From: an uncultured Thermoleophilia bacterium
GTDB lineage: Bacteria > Actinomycetota > Thermoleophilia > Gaiellales > Gaiellaceae
Assembly (NCBI GenBank): GCA_963839815.1
Contig: CAWIWF010000005.1
Coordinates: 30,045 to 94,044, forward strand
Direction: 5' to 3'
DNA length: 64,000 bases
A model generated the notes under the pieces. The model did no database searches. It was not told the DNA's origin and worked only from the letters and a program-made list of their open reading frames with translations. How positions within the stretch are numbered: the first letter of the stretch is position 1; every line of letters begins with the position of its first letter. Of the stretch, positions 45,478 to 55,678 are shown piece after piece. Both the position numbers and the translations under genes were made by a program.

Positions 45478-47644
45478 GTGCAGGACAGTAAAAGAAGGGG
45501 GCTCCGTCGCCTCGGTGTTGTTCTTGCCGTGGCGGCAGCTGGAGTCCTTTCGGTCGGTGCCAATGCTGCTTTCGCCGTGGGGACGCTTGAGATCTGCAAG
45601 TCCTCGGCGAACGGCATGTCCGGCCGGACATTCGAGTACTCGATCGCAGGCGGCCAGACGGTGTCCGTCAAGGGCGGTCGCTGTACAGGACCGATGTCGG
45701 TGCCCCATGGGGACATCGCCATCACCGAGCTGGCGACGTCGCCTGCGACCGAGGTTGACTCGGTCGTCGTGCGGCCGAGCCAGCGCTTCAAGAGCCTCAA
45801 CGGCAACACGGCCGTGGTCAACGTCCCGGCGGGCAGCACCGCCGCCAACGAGACGCGGATCACGTTCGTGAATCAGCCGGCAGGCGGCCCCACGGGCGAC
45901 CTGAAGATCTGCAAGCTGTCGGAGACCCCAGCGTACTGGGGCCGTCAGTTCAGCTTCACGGTCAACGGTGGCCCGGCCATCAGCACCGAGGCGAATCCGG
46001 CCTTCGACGACCCGTCTGCGTGGTCGTGTCGTGAGGCGGGCTCGTTCGCGCAGGGCACCAACGTGACGGTGCGGGAGCTGATCCCGGCCGGCAGCGAGAT
46101 CGCCTGGATCGACAGTGATCCGAGCGACTGTCTGCAGGACTTCGACACCAACGCCGGCACCGCTGATCTGCTGATCGGCGCCGGCGCCTGCGTGGTGCTG
46201 TTCGACAACGAGCCGATCCCGCCGTCGGGCACCGGCTTCCTCGAGGTCTGCAAGGACGACGGCTGGCCGTTTGAGCGTGACTCTGAGGTCACCGGCGTGC
46301 CGTTCGACTTCACGATCGACGAGCAGGACGGCTCGCAGCCAGGACATCACCGTGCTCGGCGGCCAGTGCTCGGCGCCGATCGTGGTCGCTGCAGGCGTCG
46401 CGCGGGTGACGGAGCACGCCAACGCGGGCTACAGCCTCGTGGGTGTCTACACGATCCCCGAGGAGCGCCTGCTGGCGTCCAACCTGATCAACCGCACCGC
46501 CGATGTCGAGGTTCCGACGTCGGACAACCCGAACGACGAGACGCAGGTGCACTTCGTCAACGTCCGTGACCGCGCGCAGCTCAAGATCTGCAAGGCGCTC
46601 GGCCCCGGCAGCTCCGCGTTCGTCGGCCGCTCGTTCGACTTCACGGCCGCCGGCCTTTCCGGCCAGCGTGAGTACGCGAGCATCATCGCGGCGTCCAGCA
46701 CCCAGTGCCGGATCGTCGGCTACTTCCCGACGGGCGATGAGGTCTCCGTGTCGGAGGACAACCCGGCGCCGTACAGCCGGGTGTCGTGCTCGCCGAACGG
46801 TGGCACGATCACCATGCAGCCGGGCATCAACACGGTCACCTGCACGAACCAGGCTCTCGGCAAGCTCGAGATCTGCAAGTTCGTGACGGACGCGATCACG
46901 TTCGATCGGACGTTCTACTTCCGCATCGACGGCGGACCGAGGCTTGCTGTTCGGGCCGGTCGCTGCTCCGAGCCTCAGCTCGTGACCCCGGGGAACCACA
47001 CCGTGGTCGAGGATCTGAGCATGGAGCAGGACTTCGAGCTCGACACGAGCCATCCGAGCGGCGGGATCGCAGTGACGCCGTCCAGCGCCGAGGTGAGCCG
47101 CAACACGCTCGCCCGGTCGGTGACGGTCAACGTCCCGTACGCCGGTGAGGACGGCGACGAAGTGCGTGTGGACTACTACAACCGCATCAAGCGCGGCCAG
47201 ATCAAGGTCTGCAAGCACATCACGCCTGGTTCGGCGGACTCCCTTGGCAACAAGGGGTTCAGCTTCAACGTGTACCTCAACGGCCGTGGCCCGATCGTCC
47301 TGAGCGACGTCAGGCCCGGCGAGTGCAGGCTCGCCCTGGACAACACGGGAAGCCCGAACAGCCAGCCGATCCTCCAGCTCAACGGCAATCCGGCACGCGC
47401 CGGTGTCGAGGAGATCGGAGCGACCGACGCGCTGACACCGGCTGGGACGTGGCACGTGTCCAACCTCGCCCTGCAGGGTGGGCGTGGCGGTCTGTCGCAC
47501 AACTGCTCCCCCGCTCCGGGTGCTGACAACCCGCTGCGGGTCTGCAGCCGCTTCACGGACACGGGCAGGCAGGTGCACGCGGCCTGGAACCTCGGCCCGA
47601 ACACGAACACGATCCACTTCACCAACACGTCCAACGATCCCTAA
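45478..47644 (+). pseudogene. secreted protein of six tandem Cys-rich xxICK modules (paralogue of 3240..5642), one apparent frameshift near 46325-46337
   Basis: SD GGGAGGGG precedes GTG 45478. The signal peptide is RRLGVVLAVAAAGVLSVGANAAFA. The modules open LEICKSS, LKICKLS, LEVCKDD, LKICKAL, LEICKFV and IKVCKHI. ORF 45433..46569 reads ...FDFTIDEQDGSQ, and the text continues as QDITVLGGQCSAPIVVAAG in ORF 46271..47644. Confidence 0.75.
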
Positions 47645-47705
47645 ACCAGGATCACGACACAGCCTGCTGACCGGCAACTGACCGGCACAGAGGCAGCAAG
47701 TGGAG

Positions 47706-47735
47706 CCGAGGCCCCCGGGAGACCGGGGGCCTCGG
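47706..47735 (+). terminator. strong hairpin terminator downstream of the xxICK-repeat gene
   Basis: CCGAGGCCCCCGG-gaga-CCGGGGGCCTCGG, a perfect 13-bp stem followed by TCGTT. Confidence 0.7.
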
Positions 47736-47818
47736 TCGTTGTGGGGCCCGCCGTGGGCCGCCGGCCGGCGCCGCCGCATCGGGGGCGCGCCCGGCGGCGC
47801 GTGGCAGAGTCCGGCCGG

Positions 47819-48623
47819 ATGGACGGCGGCGCAGGAACAGAAGGCCAGTACGTTCCGTGCCCTTCACAAGGGTGACCCGGCCTTCGTGATCCCGAACCCG
47901 TGGGACGCGGGCTCGGCCCGGGTGCTCGAGGCACTCGGCTTCAAGGCGCTCGCGACGACGAGCTCCGGCTTCGCCTTCACGCTCGGCCGGCTCGACGGCA
48001 GGGTGACCCTCGACGAGGTCGCCGCGCACACGGCAAGCCTCGACGCGGCGACGTCGCTGCCCGTCGCCGTCGACCTGGAGAACGGCTTCGGACCCTCGCC
48101 GGAGGACGCCGCCCGAGCCGTGACGCGGGTCGCCGAGGCCGGTGCCGTCGGTGGCTCGATCGAGGACTGGGACCCGGACGGATTCCTCTACGAGCGCCCC
48201 CACGCGGTCGAGCGGGTGGCCGCCGCGGCCGAGGCGGGCGGGGCGTTGCCCTTCCCGTTCATGCTGGCCGCGCGGGCGGAGAATCACATCCGCGGCAACC
48301 CTGACCTCGACGACACGATCGCCCGGCTGCAGGCCTTCGAGAACGTGGGGGCCGACGTGCTCTACGCGCCGGGCCTGCGCACGCTCGAGGAGATCCGGAC
48401 GGTCTGCGAGGCCGTCTCGAAGCCCGTCAACGTCCTCGCCGTGCCGGGCCTGCCGCTCGCAGACGTGTTCGCTGCAGGAGCCCAGCGAGTGAGCGTCGGC
48501 GGCGCGCTCACCTGGGTGGCGGCGAGCGCCTTCGCAGCCGCAGCCGAAGCCCTCCGTGACGGCGACGCGTCGGCGCTCTCCGCGTCGCTACCGCTCGAGC
48601 GCTGGTTCGGCGGCGGCGCCTAG
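47819..48623 (+). CDS. isocitrate lyase/PEP mutase superfamily enzyme (2-methylisocitrate lyase-like); start unresolved
   Basis: Conserved text runs from ~47832: QKASTFRALHKGDPAFVIPNPWDAGSARVLEALGFKALATTSSG...VDLENGFG...GGSIEDW. The only nearby ATG (47819) is one base out of frame with it. The listed GTG at 47700 lies upstream of and across the terminator hairpin. Confidence 0.7.
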
Positions 48624-48633
48624 AGTCCCGCCG

Positions 48634-49017
48634 GTGGCGTTCGTGAAGAGGAACCTCCGCGAGATTCCCGACTCGGCCGCCGAGCACGGTCTGGGCGAGT
48701 ACCAGGAGGCGCGCTTCCCCGGCCGCGAGCTCGGCCTGGAGCGGACGGGGCTCAACTACCTGGTGATCAAGCCGGGCAAGCGCGAGGCGTTCGCGCACCG
48801 CCACCGGGAGGCGGAGGAGGTGGTCGTCGTCCTGGCGGGCAGCGGCAGGGTGAAGCTGGACGACGAGCTCGTCGAGCTGCAGCCGCTCGACGTTGTTCGG
48901 GTCGGGCCGGAGACGACCCGCGCCTTCGAGGCGGACGCCGGCGGCCTCGAGGTGCTCGTGGTCGGCGCGCGCGTCGAGGGGGACTCCGAGCTGGTCGACG
49001 GCTTCTGGGGCGACTAG
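48634..49017 (+). CDS. cupin domain protein
   Basis: Contains LNYLVIKPGKREAFAHRHREAEEVVVVLAGSGRVKLDDELVELQPLDVVRVGPETTRAFEA. The start is GTG 48634 or 48643. Confidence 0.75.
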   Translation: MAFVKRNLREIPDSAAEHGLGEYQEARFPGRELGLERTGLNYLVIKPGKREAFAHRHREAEEVVVVLAGSGRVKLDDELVELQPLDVVRVGPETTRAFEADAGGLEVLVVGARVEGDSELVDGFWGD

Positions 49018-50612
49018 GGCGCAGGCGCGGGCGCAGGCTCGGAGGGTGCCTCCGCCGCGGGAGCGACCGGCACCGCCCGGCGGAGCAGCACCGCGGCGAC
49101 GACCGCCGTCAGCAGCGACAGCGCGACGCTCGCGACGGCGACCGCCTGGAAGCCGAGCGTGAACGCGTCGCGGGCCGCGTCGAGCAGGGCCGCTGCTGCC
49201 GCCGCGGGCACGTCGCCGGCGACCGCCACCGCGCCGCCGAGCGTGTCCCTCGCCGTCTCCGCCTCCGCGGCGGGCACGCCGGCGGGGATGCCGTCGTCCA
49301 CCTCGCGGCGGTAGATCGCCGTCCCGAGCGTTCCGAGCACCGCGATCGAGAGCGCGCCGCCGAGCTCGGCGCCCGTCTCCGAGAGCGCCGAGGCCGCCCC
49401 CGCGCGCTCGGGCGGCGCCGAGCCGATGATCAGGTCGTTCGTGAGCGTGAACATCGGCGCGAAGCCGAGCGAGAACAGGACCGACGCCGTCACCAGTGCC
49501 GCCACCCCTGACTCGCTCTCGATCTGGGTCAGCACGGCGAAGCCGGCGGCGGCGAGCGTCGCGCCGGCTGCCATCACCGTGCCGGGGTGCAGCCGGCCGA
49601 CCAGAAGAGGCGAGAGCATCGAGCCGACGATGAAGGCACCGAACGACGGCAGCGTCAGGAGACCGGACTCGAAGGGGCCGAAGCCGAGGACGAGCTGGAG
49701 GTACTGGTAGATGAACAGGAAGCCCCCGAAGAGCACGAGGATGCCCAGCGTGTAGACCGCGAGCGACGCGCTGAACGCGGGGCGGCGGAACAGGCCGAGG
49801 TCGATCAGCGGTTCGCGCAGCCGCTGCTGGCGGCGCACGAACAGCAGGCCGAGGAGCAGCCCGGCGACGATGGCGGCGACGGCCAGTCCGGTGACCCCGT
49901 CCTCGGCGATGCGCTTGATCCCGTAGATCACGGCCAGGACCGACAGGAGCGAGATTGCGGCGCTGCGGAGATCGATCCGGCCGGCGCCGGGGTCGCGGTA
50001 CTCGGGGATCAGCACCGGCCCCAGCACCAGCAGCAGCGCCATCACCGGCACGGCCAGCAGGAAGACGGAGCCCCACCAGAAGAACTCGAGCAAGGCGCCC
50101 CCGGCGAGCGGCCCGATCGCGCCGCCCAGCGAGTAGGCGGTGATCCAGACGCCGATCGCGAACGTCCGCTGCTTGTCGTCGAGGAACATGTTGCGGATCA
50201 GCGACAGCGTCGCCGGCGCGAGCGTCGCTCCGGCGAGCCCGAGCAGCGCGCGCGAGGCGATGAGCATCTCGGCGCTCGTTGAGAACGCGGCCAGGATCGA
50301 GGTGAGGCCGAAGGCAGCGGCGCCGATCATCAGCAGCCGCCGGCGGCCGATGCGGTCGCCGAGCGTGCCCATCGTGATCAGCGCGCCCGCGACCATGAAG
50401 CCGTAGATGTCGGCGATCCAGAGCAGCTGGGCGCTCGACGGCTCGAGGTCGGCGCTCAGGTGCGGGATCGCCAGGTGCAGGACCGTGAGGTCCATCGCGT
50501 AGACGACGCACGCGAGCGCCAGCACCGCCAGCCCGATCCACTCGCGGCGCGTCGCCTGCGCCGGCAAGCCGGCCGTGATGAGTGCGTCCGTCCGTCCCGT
50601 CTGCTCGGTCAT
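49014..50612 (-). CDS. MFS transporter, DHA2 (14-TMS, EmrB/QacA-like)
   Basis: 532 aa with MDLTVLHLAIPHLSADLEPSSAQLLWIADIYGFMVAGALITMGTLGDRIGRRRLL. An SD GGGAGAGGGA is present. Confidence 0.9.
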   Translation of the reverse strand: MTEQTGRTDALITAGLPAQATRREWIGLAVLALACVVYAMDLTVLHLAIPHLSADLEPSSAQLLWIADIYGFMVAGALITMGTLGDRIGRRRLLMIGAAAFGLTSILAAFSTSAEMLIASRALLGLAGATLAPATLSLIRNMFLDDKQRTFAIGVWITAYSLGGAIGPLAGGALLEFFWWGSVFLLAVPVMALLLVLGPVLIPEYRDPGAGRIDLRSAAISLLSVLAVIYGIKRIAEDGVTGLAVAAIVAGLLLGLLFVRRQQRLREPLIDLGLFRRPAFSASLAVYTLGILVLFGGFLFIYQYLQLVLGFGPFESGLLTLPSFGAFIVGSMLSPLLVGRLHPGTVMAAGATLAAAGFAVLTQIESESGVAALVTASVLFSLGFAPMFTLTNDLIIGSAPPERAGAASALSETGAELGGALSIAVLGTLGTAIYRREVDDGIPAGVPAAEAETARDTLGGAVAVAGDVPAAAAAALLDAARDAFTLGFQAVAVASVALSLLTAVVAAVLLRRAVPVAPAAEAPSEPAPAPAP

Positions 50613-50696
50613 CGTCCGTCCCTCTCCCGTCGCGCTTCGACGCCGGACGTTTCACCGAGGCAGACCGCAGGCCGGTCTAACTCGAGACGGGCCGGC

Positions 50697-53057
50697 CTAG
50701 GGGTCCGGCGGCCGCCCGGTTTCGCCGCCCGCCCGCGCCGCCTCGCCGGGTCGTCCGTCCCCGCCTGCCGCTGCGACCGCCGGCGCTACGACCGGTGCCG
50801 CGTGCGGGGGCTCGATCGTCAGGTTCGGCAGCGCCCGGTCGAGCCAGCCCGGCATGTACCAGGCCTTTTCGCCGAGCATGGTCAGGAACGAAGGCACGAG
50901 CGTCATCCGGATGAGCAGCGCGTCGGTGAGGATCGCCACCGCGAGCAGCAGGCCGAACTCCTTGGAGATGCGGTCGCTCGTGAGGATGAACGCTGCGAAG
51001 ACGGTGCCCATGATCACCGCCGCGGCGACGACGACCCGGCCGATGGCGGCGATGCCGTGCTCGACCGCCTCGCGCGTCGGCAGCCCGTGGACGTGCTCCT
51101 CACGGATGCGGCTCATCAGGAAGACCATGTAGTCCATCGAGAGCCCGAACAGGATCGCGAACGCGATCGGCGGCACGAATGTCTCGATCGGCCCGGTGCG
51201 GTCGAGCCCGGTCAGGCCGAGCAGGTGGCCCTCCTGCACCACCAGCGTCAGCACTCCGAAGCCGACGAACGCGGACAGAATCGTCGTGACGGCGGCGGTC
51301 AGCGAGATCACGATCGAACGGAACGCCATCGCCAGCAGGATGAAAGTGACGCCGACGATGTACAGCAGGAAGATCGGCAGCCGGGACAGAATCCGCTCGC
51401 CGATGTCCTTGAACGCGGCCGTCAGGCCCGCGACGTAGACGACCGAGTCGCTGCCCTCGGTCGCTGCGGGGACGACCCGGTCGCGCAGCCGGTCGACGAG
51501 CTCGTCGGTCTCCTCGTCCTGCGGCGCAGAGTCGGGCGTCACGAACACGATCGCCACCGACTCGGCATCGTTCAGCTGCGGGTCGCTCGCGGAGGCGACG
51601 CCCTCGAGGTCGCGGACGGCGTCGGTGATGCGCTGCGGCGTCCCGGTGTCGCCGTTGACGTCGACGACGATCGGGATCGGGCCGTTGAAGCCCGGCCCGA
51701 ACCCCTCGGCCAGCAGGTCGTAGGCGCGCCGGGCGGTCTGCGCCTCCGGCTGCGTCCCCTGGTCTGAGGCGCCGAGACGCACGAGCGCGGAGGTCGACGC
51801 GAGCGCGATCACGATCACCGAGACGACGATGAAGACAGCCTTGGCGTGAGCCGTGACGAAGCGGCCCCAGCGCGCGATCAACGTCCGCTCGCGCGCAGCC
51901 TCGGAGTCGTCGATCGGACGCATGAAGGGCACCTTGAGCCGGTCGACCTTGTGACCCAGCAGGCGGAGCACGGCGGGCAGCAGCGAGTTGGCGATCAGCA
52001 CGGTCGTCAGCACGCCCAGGGCAGAGCCGATCCCGAGCTTGGTCACGAAGTCGAGGCCGAAGAAGGCGAGGCCCGACACGGAGATCGCCACGGTCAGCCC
52101 GGCGAAGAGGACCGCTCGGCCCGCCGACGCGCCGGCCTCGGCGGCCGCGTCGACCGGCGTCAGCCCCTCGTGCAGCAGCTGTCTGAAGCGGGTGACGATG
52201 AAGAGCGAGTAGTCGATCCCGACGCCGAGGCCGATCATCGACACGAGCAGCGGCGTGATCGTGTTGATGTCGGTGAGGCCCGCGAGGATGAAGAGCAGCA
52301 CGAAGGCGGTGGCGACCGCGGAGAGCGCCAGTGCGATTGGGATCGTCGTCGCCACGAAGGTGCGGAAGACGGCGATCAGGACGAGCAGCGCCGCGAGCAG
52401 GCCGAGCAGCTCCTGCGTGCCCTGCTCGATCGGCGGGAACTCGGCGTCGCCATTGAACTCCGCCGTCACCCCGGCAGGCTCGACCGCCTGGCGCACGGCC
52501 TCCTGCACGGCGAGCACGGCCTCGCGGTCCTCCTCGTAGATAACGCGGTCGAACTGCGCCTCGGCGTAGGCGATGCGGCCGTCGTCGGAGAAGGTGTCCT
52601 CGCTGAACGGGTCGCCGACGCTCTCGACGCCGGCCACGTCCTCGGTCGGGGTGAACTCCGCGGTCTCGAGCTTGGCAACCGCCGCCTCGATCGCAGCCTT
52701 GCGCTCGGCGGAGTCGAGGCGCTCCCCCTCGGGCGCGGCGAAGACGAGGTTCAGGACGCCGCCCTGCTCCTCGGCGAACTCGGCCTCGATCAGGTCGGTG
52801 GCCTTCTGCGTGTCCGAGCCCGGGATCTCGAACTCGTCCTTGAGGCTGCCGCCGACCGTCGCGACGAGTGCGATGAGCACGACGATGATCCCGAGCCAGC
52901 TCGCGACGACGCGCCACGGGTGGGAGGCGCAGGCACGCGTCCAGCGCGCGAGGCCGCCGGTGGCGAGGCGCTCGTGGGCAGCGAGGCGGTCGCCCGTGCG
53001 CGCGTCCGCGTCGCTCCCCGGTGCGAGATTGCTGGTGCCGCCGGCCTGCTCCGTCAT
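50697..53057 (-). CDS. MMPL family (RND superfamily) transporter
   Basis: 786 aa with two 6-TM bundles, periplasmic loops and motifs GVGIDYSLFIVTRF and GLSMDYMVFLMSRIREE. An SD GGGGGAG is present. Confidence 0.92.
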   Translation of the reverse strand: MTEQAGGTSNLAPGSDADARTGDRLAAHERLATGGLARWTRACASHPWRVVASWLGIIVVLIALVATVGGSLKDEFEIPGSDTQKATDLIEAEFAEEQGGVLNLVFAAPEGERLDSAERKAAIEAAVAKLETAEFTPTEDVAGVESVGDPFSEDTFSDDGRIAYAEAQFDRVIYEEDREAVLAVQEAVRQAVEPAGVTAEFNGDAEFPPIEQGTQELLGLLAALLVLIAVFRTFVATTIPIALALSAVATAFVLLFILAGLTDINTITPLLVSMIGLGVGIDYSLFIVTRFRQLLHEGLTPVDAAAEAGASAGRAVLFAGLTVAISVSGLAFFGLDFVTKLGIGSALGVLTTVLIANSLLPAVLRLLGHKVDRLKVPFMRPIDDSEAARERTLIARWGRFVTAHAKAVFIVVSVIVIALASTSALVRLGASDQGTQPEAQTARRAYDLLAEGFGPGFNGPIPIVVDVNGDTGTPQRITDAVRDLEGVASASDPQLNDAESVAIVFVTPDSAPQDEETDELVDRLRDRVVPAATEGSDSVVYVAGLTAAFKDIGERILSRLPIFLLYIVGVTFILLAMAFRSIVISLTAAVTTILSAFVGFGVLTLVVQEGHLLGLTGLDRTGPIETFVPPIAFAILFGLSMDYMVFLMSRIREEHVHGLPTREAVEHGIAAIGRVVVAAAVIMGTVFAAFILTSDRISKEFGLLLAVAILTDALLIRMTLVPSFLTMLGEKAWYMPGWLDRALPNLTIEPPHAAPVVAPAVAAAGGDGRPGEAARAGGETGRPPDP

Positions 53058-53159
53058 CGTCTCCCCCTTGCTCGCTGGACGTCACCCTCTCAGACCGCAG
53101 CGGCGCCGCGGAGTCATCGCTCCGCGCTGCCGGTCGTGCCTGGTCTCGGCCTCCAGGCG

Positions 53160-53822
53160 ATGGCCGAGACCGCCGCGACCCTGCGTATCATCGCGGCGGT
53201 GAGTCACTACCACGGCGCGCAGCGCGCGCTGCAGGATCGCTTCGACACGCGGCGGCTCGCCGATCGCCTTGCCGAGACCACCAAGCCCGTGATCGGGCCT
53301 AAGCAGGCGGCGTTCATCGAGCGGCGGGACATGTTCTTCCTCGCAACGGCCGACGCGGACGGCTGGCCGCAGTGCTCCTACAAGGGCGGCGAGCCCGGCT
53401 TCGTGCGCGTCCTCGACGAGACCTCGCTCGCGTTCCCGAGCTACGACGGGAACGGCATGTTCCTCTCGGCTGGGAACGTGGCCGTCAACGCAAAAGTCGG
53501 CCTGCTCTTCGTCGACTTCGAAGTGGGGACGCGGCTGCGCGTCAACGGCGAGGCCTCGATCGGCGACGACGACCCGCTGGCGGCGACGTACCCCGGGGCA
53601 CTGTTCGTCGTCCGGGTGAACGTGAGCCGGGTCTTCACGAACTGCCGCCGCTACGTCCATCGCTACCAGCTTGTGGAGCGCTCGCGGTTCGTGCCGGCCG
53701 CGGACGAGGAGCCTCCGGTTCCGGACTGGAAGCTCGACGAGTGGTTCGCGGGAACCCTCCCGGCCGGCGACCCGGCACACGACCCCGACCGTCCGACCGC
53801 ACCCTCGATCCCGCAGCTCTAA
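53160..53822 (+). CDS. pyridoxamine 5'-phosphate oxidase-like FMN-binding family protein
   Basis: ATG at 53160. Contains FIERRDMFFLATADADGWPQCSYKGGEPGFVRVLDETSLAFPSYDGNGMFLSAGN, a split-barrel family signature. Confidence 0.8.
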   Translation: MAETAATLRIIAAVSHYHGAQRALQDRFDTRRLADRLAETTKPVIGPKQAAFIERRDMFFLATADADGWPQCSYKGGEPGFVRVLDETSLAFPSYDGNGMFLSAGNVAVNAKVGLLFVDFEVGTRLRVNGEASIGDDDPLAATYPGALFVVRVNVSRVFTNCRRYVHRYQLVERSRFVPAADEEPPVPDWKLDEWFAGTLPAGDPAHDPDRPTAPSIPQL

Positions 53823-53851
53823 GGGCGGCCGCGGGAGGCGGGCGCGCCGGG

Positions 53852-54928
53852 CTAGCCGGCGCCGCGCGGGAGGGTGAACGAGACTCTGGCCCCGCCGTAG
53901 GCCGCGTTCTCGGCCCAGATCCTGCCGCCCTGCGCCTCGACCAACCCGCGTGCGATCGCGAGGCCGAGCCCTGCGCCACCGTCCTGGCGTGAGCGTGCCG
54001 GATCTCCCCGCCAGAAGCGGTCGAACACCCGGCGGAGGGACTCGGGAGGAATTCCCGCACCCGTGTCCTCGACGCTGACGCGGACGTCCGACTCGAGCGA
54101 CTCGAGCGTCACGGCGACCGAGCCGTCCGAGGGTGTGTGCCTCAGCGCGTTCGTGAGCAGGTTGAGGAGGACGCGCTCGACCTTGTCCGGCGCGCAGAGG
54201 ACCGGCGCGTCCCCGTCGATCTCGGCGCTCAGGGAGACGTGGCGCGACCGGGCCTCCGCTTCGAGCCCCTGCAGGCAGGTACGGATGAGGTCTCCAATCG
54301 GTGTCTCGCGGAGCTCGAGCGTCAGCGCGCCTGCATCGATCCGCGCCAGCTCGAAGAGGTCGTCGACGAGCATGCTGAGCGTCCGTACCTGCTCACGGAG
54401 GGCGGGCAGATAGTGCTCGGGCGGGGCGAGACCGTCCTCGAGTGCCTCGAGCATCGCCTGCATGTTGGCCAGCGGCGTCCTCAGGTCGTGGCTGGCCCAC
54501 GCCACGAGCTGGCGGCGCGCGTCGAAGAGGTCTTCGACCCGCGAGGCCATCGCGTTGAACGAGGCGGCGAGCTCTGCGAGCTCGGCTGGACCACCGTCGG
54601 GTACCCGCGCAGCCAGATCCCCGTGCGCGAGAGCCGACGAGGCGCCGCGCACTCGCTCGAGCCCGGCCAGGATGGAGCTGCTCAGCAGGAGCGCGGCGAC
54701 GAGCGCTCCGGTCGAGCAGGCACCGGCCACGAGGAGAATCGTCAGGTCGTGCGCAGAGTCGAACATGACCACGCCGGAGACGAGGACGGCAGCGAGCGGG
54801 AGCCCGACGGCGAGGAGCCCGAGCCCGGCGAGTTGCATCCGCAGCGTGGGCAGCCGCCGCAGCAGGAGTGCGCCGAGCAGGCCGGTGGCAAGCGTGCCCA
54901 GGGCGACGATGAGTGCGAACGCGATCAC
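53852..54928 (-). CDS. sensor histidine kinase
   Basis: The GTG at 54928 forms a GTGA overlap with the response-regulator stop. It has two TM segments, a HAMP-like region, the H-box WASHDLRTPL, the N-box LLNLLTNALRHTP and the G-boxes VEDTGAGIP and GGAGLGLAI. Confidence 0.88.
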   Translation of the reverse strand: MIAFALIVALGTLATGLLGALLLRRLPTLRMQLAGLGLLAVGLPLAAVLVSGVVMFDSAHDLTILLVAGACSTGALVAALLLSSSILAGLERVRGASSALAHGDLAARVPDGGPAELAELAASFNAMASRVEDLFDARRQLVAWASHDLRTPLANMQAMLEALEDGLAPPEHYLPALREQVRTLSMLVDDLFELARIDAGALTLELRETPIGDLIRTCLQGLEAEARSRHVSLSAEIDGDAPVLCAPDKVERVLLNLLTNALRHTPSDGSVAVTLESLESDVRVSVEDTGAGIPPESLRRVFDRFWRGDPARSRQDGGAGLGLAIARGLVEAQGGRIWAENAAYGGARVSFTLPRGAG

Positions 54929-55602
54929 GGCGCGAACCTGTAGCCGACGCCCCAGACCGTCTGGATGAAGCTCGGGCGCGAGGGATCGTCCTCGATCTTC
55001 TCGCGCAGACGGCGGATGTGGACCGTGATCGTGCCCGTGTCCACGGCTGCCTCGTAGCCCCAGACGCCCTCCATCAGCTGATCCCGCGAGAACACCTGGC
55101 GCGGATTGCACGCCAGGAACCAGAGAAGGTCGAACTCCTTCGCCGTCAGCTGCTGGAGCGTGCCCCGGTGGACGACCTCGCGTCTCTGGGAGTCGATCTC
55201 GAGCCCGTCGAACGTCAGTCGCTCCGTCCGCGGGGTCGCGGGCGACGAGCGGCGCAGCACGGTGCGCACGCGTGCTGCCAGCTCGCGGGGCGAGAACGGC
55301 TTCGTGACGTAGTCGTCCGCGCCGAGCTCGAGGCCGACGATGCGGTCGGCTTCCTCTCCGCGGGCGGTCAGCATGATCACCGGCAGATCGGAACGGGCCC
55401 GGATCCAGCGGCAGAGCTCGAGACCGTCGGTGCCCGGGAGCATCAGGTCGAGGACGACGAGCGTGGGCGGATCGGCCTCGATCATGCGGCGAGCAGCGTC
55501 GCCGTCGCCCGCCTCGAGCGTCTCGTAGCCCGCTCGCCGCAGATAGCTGACCACGACCTCCCGCACGATCTGCTCGTCGTCCACGACCAGGACAGTGGTC
55601 AT
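54925..55602 (-). CDS. OmpR-family response regulator
   Basis: MTTVLVVDDEQIVREVV...VVLDLMLPGTDGLELC, followed by the winged-helix region LTAKEFDLLWFLACNP...TVWGVGYRF. Confidence 0.92.
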   Translation of the reverse strand: MTTVLVVDDEQIVREVVVSYLRRAGYETLEAGDGDAARRMIEADPPTLVVLDLMLPGTDGLELCRWIRARSDLPVIMLTARGEEADRIVGLELGADDYVTKPFSPRELAARVRTVLRRSSPATPRTERLTFDGLEIDSQRREVVHRGTLQQLTAKEFDLLWFLACNPRQVFSRDQLMEGVWGYEAAVDTGTITVHIRRLREKIEDDPSRPSFIQTVWGVGYRFAP

Positions 55603-55678
55603 GAGAGGTATTGAACCTCCAGCCGGCGGGCCGGGGACGCGAGCCGCCCCGACCCGCCTGCTCGAGGCCGTCACGCTG

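Noticed and set aside
22514-47735. The hairpins at 22514 and 47706 share the arm GGCCCCCGG/CCGGGGGCC and might belong to a REP-like dispersed element family.
   Set aside because: There are only two occurrences with this core, with different loops and flanks. The other hairpins (42475, 63093) are unrelated. The shared arm is most simply explained as independent GC-rich terminators.
47700-47818. The GTG at 47700 could be the start of the PEP-mutase family gene, as listed in the ORF track.
   Set aside because: This start would place a 13-bp terminator hairpin and an Arg/Gly/Pro-rich junk segment inside the coding region.
317-53085. Many long ORFs lie antisense to or out of frame with clear genes. 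Examples are 317..2188 -, 622..2244 +, 2997..5714 +, 14177..15511 -, 18041..19789 +, 25377..27002 +, 28021..29709 +, 34392..36683 -, 39445..41925 -, 46310..47779 -, 48508..50655 -, 51100..53085 - and the 5' 1.3 kb of 51846..53822 +.
   Set aside because: They show typical high-GC shadow-ORF composition (Arg/Pro/Gly/Ala runs). They fully overlap genes with unambiguous conserved motifs on the other strand or frame.
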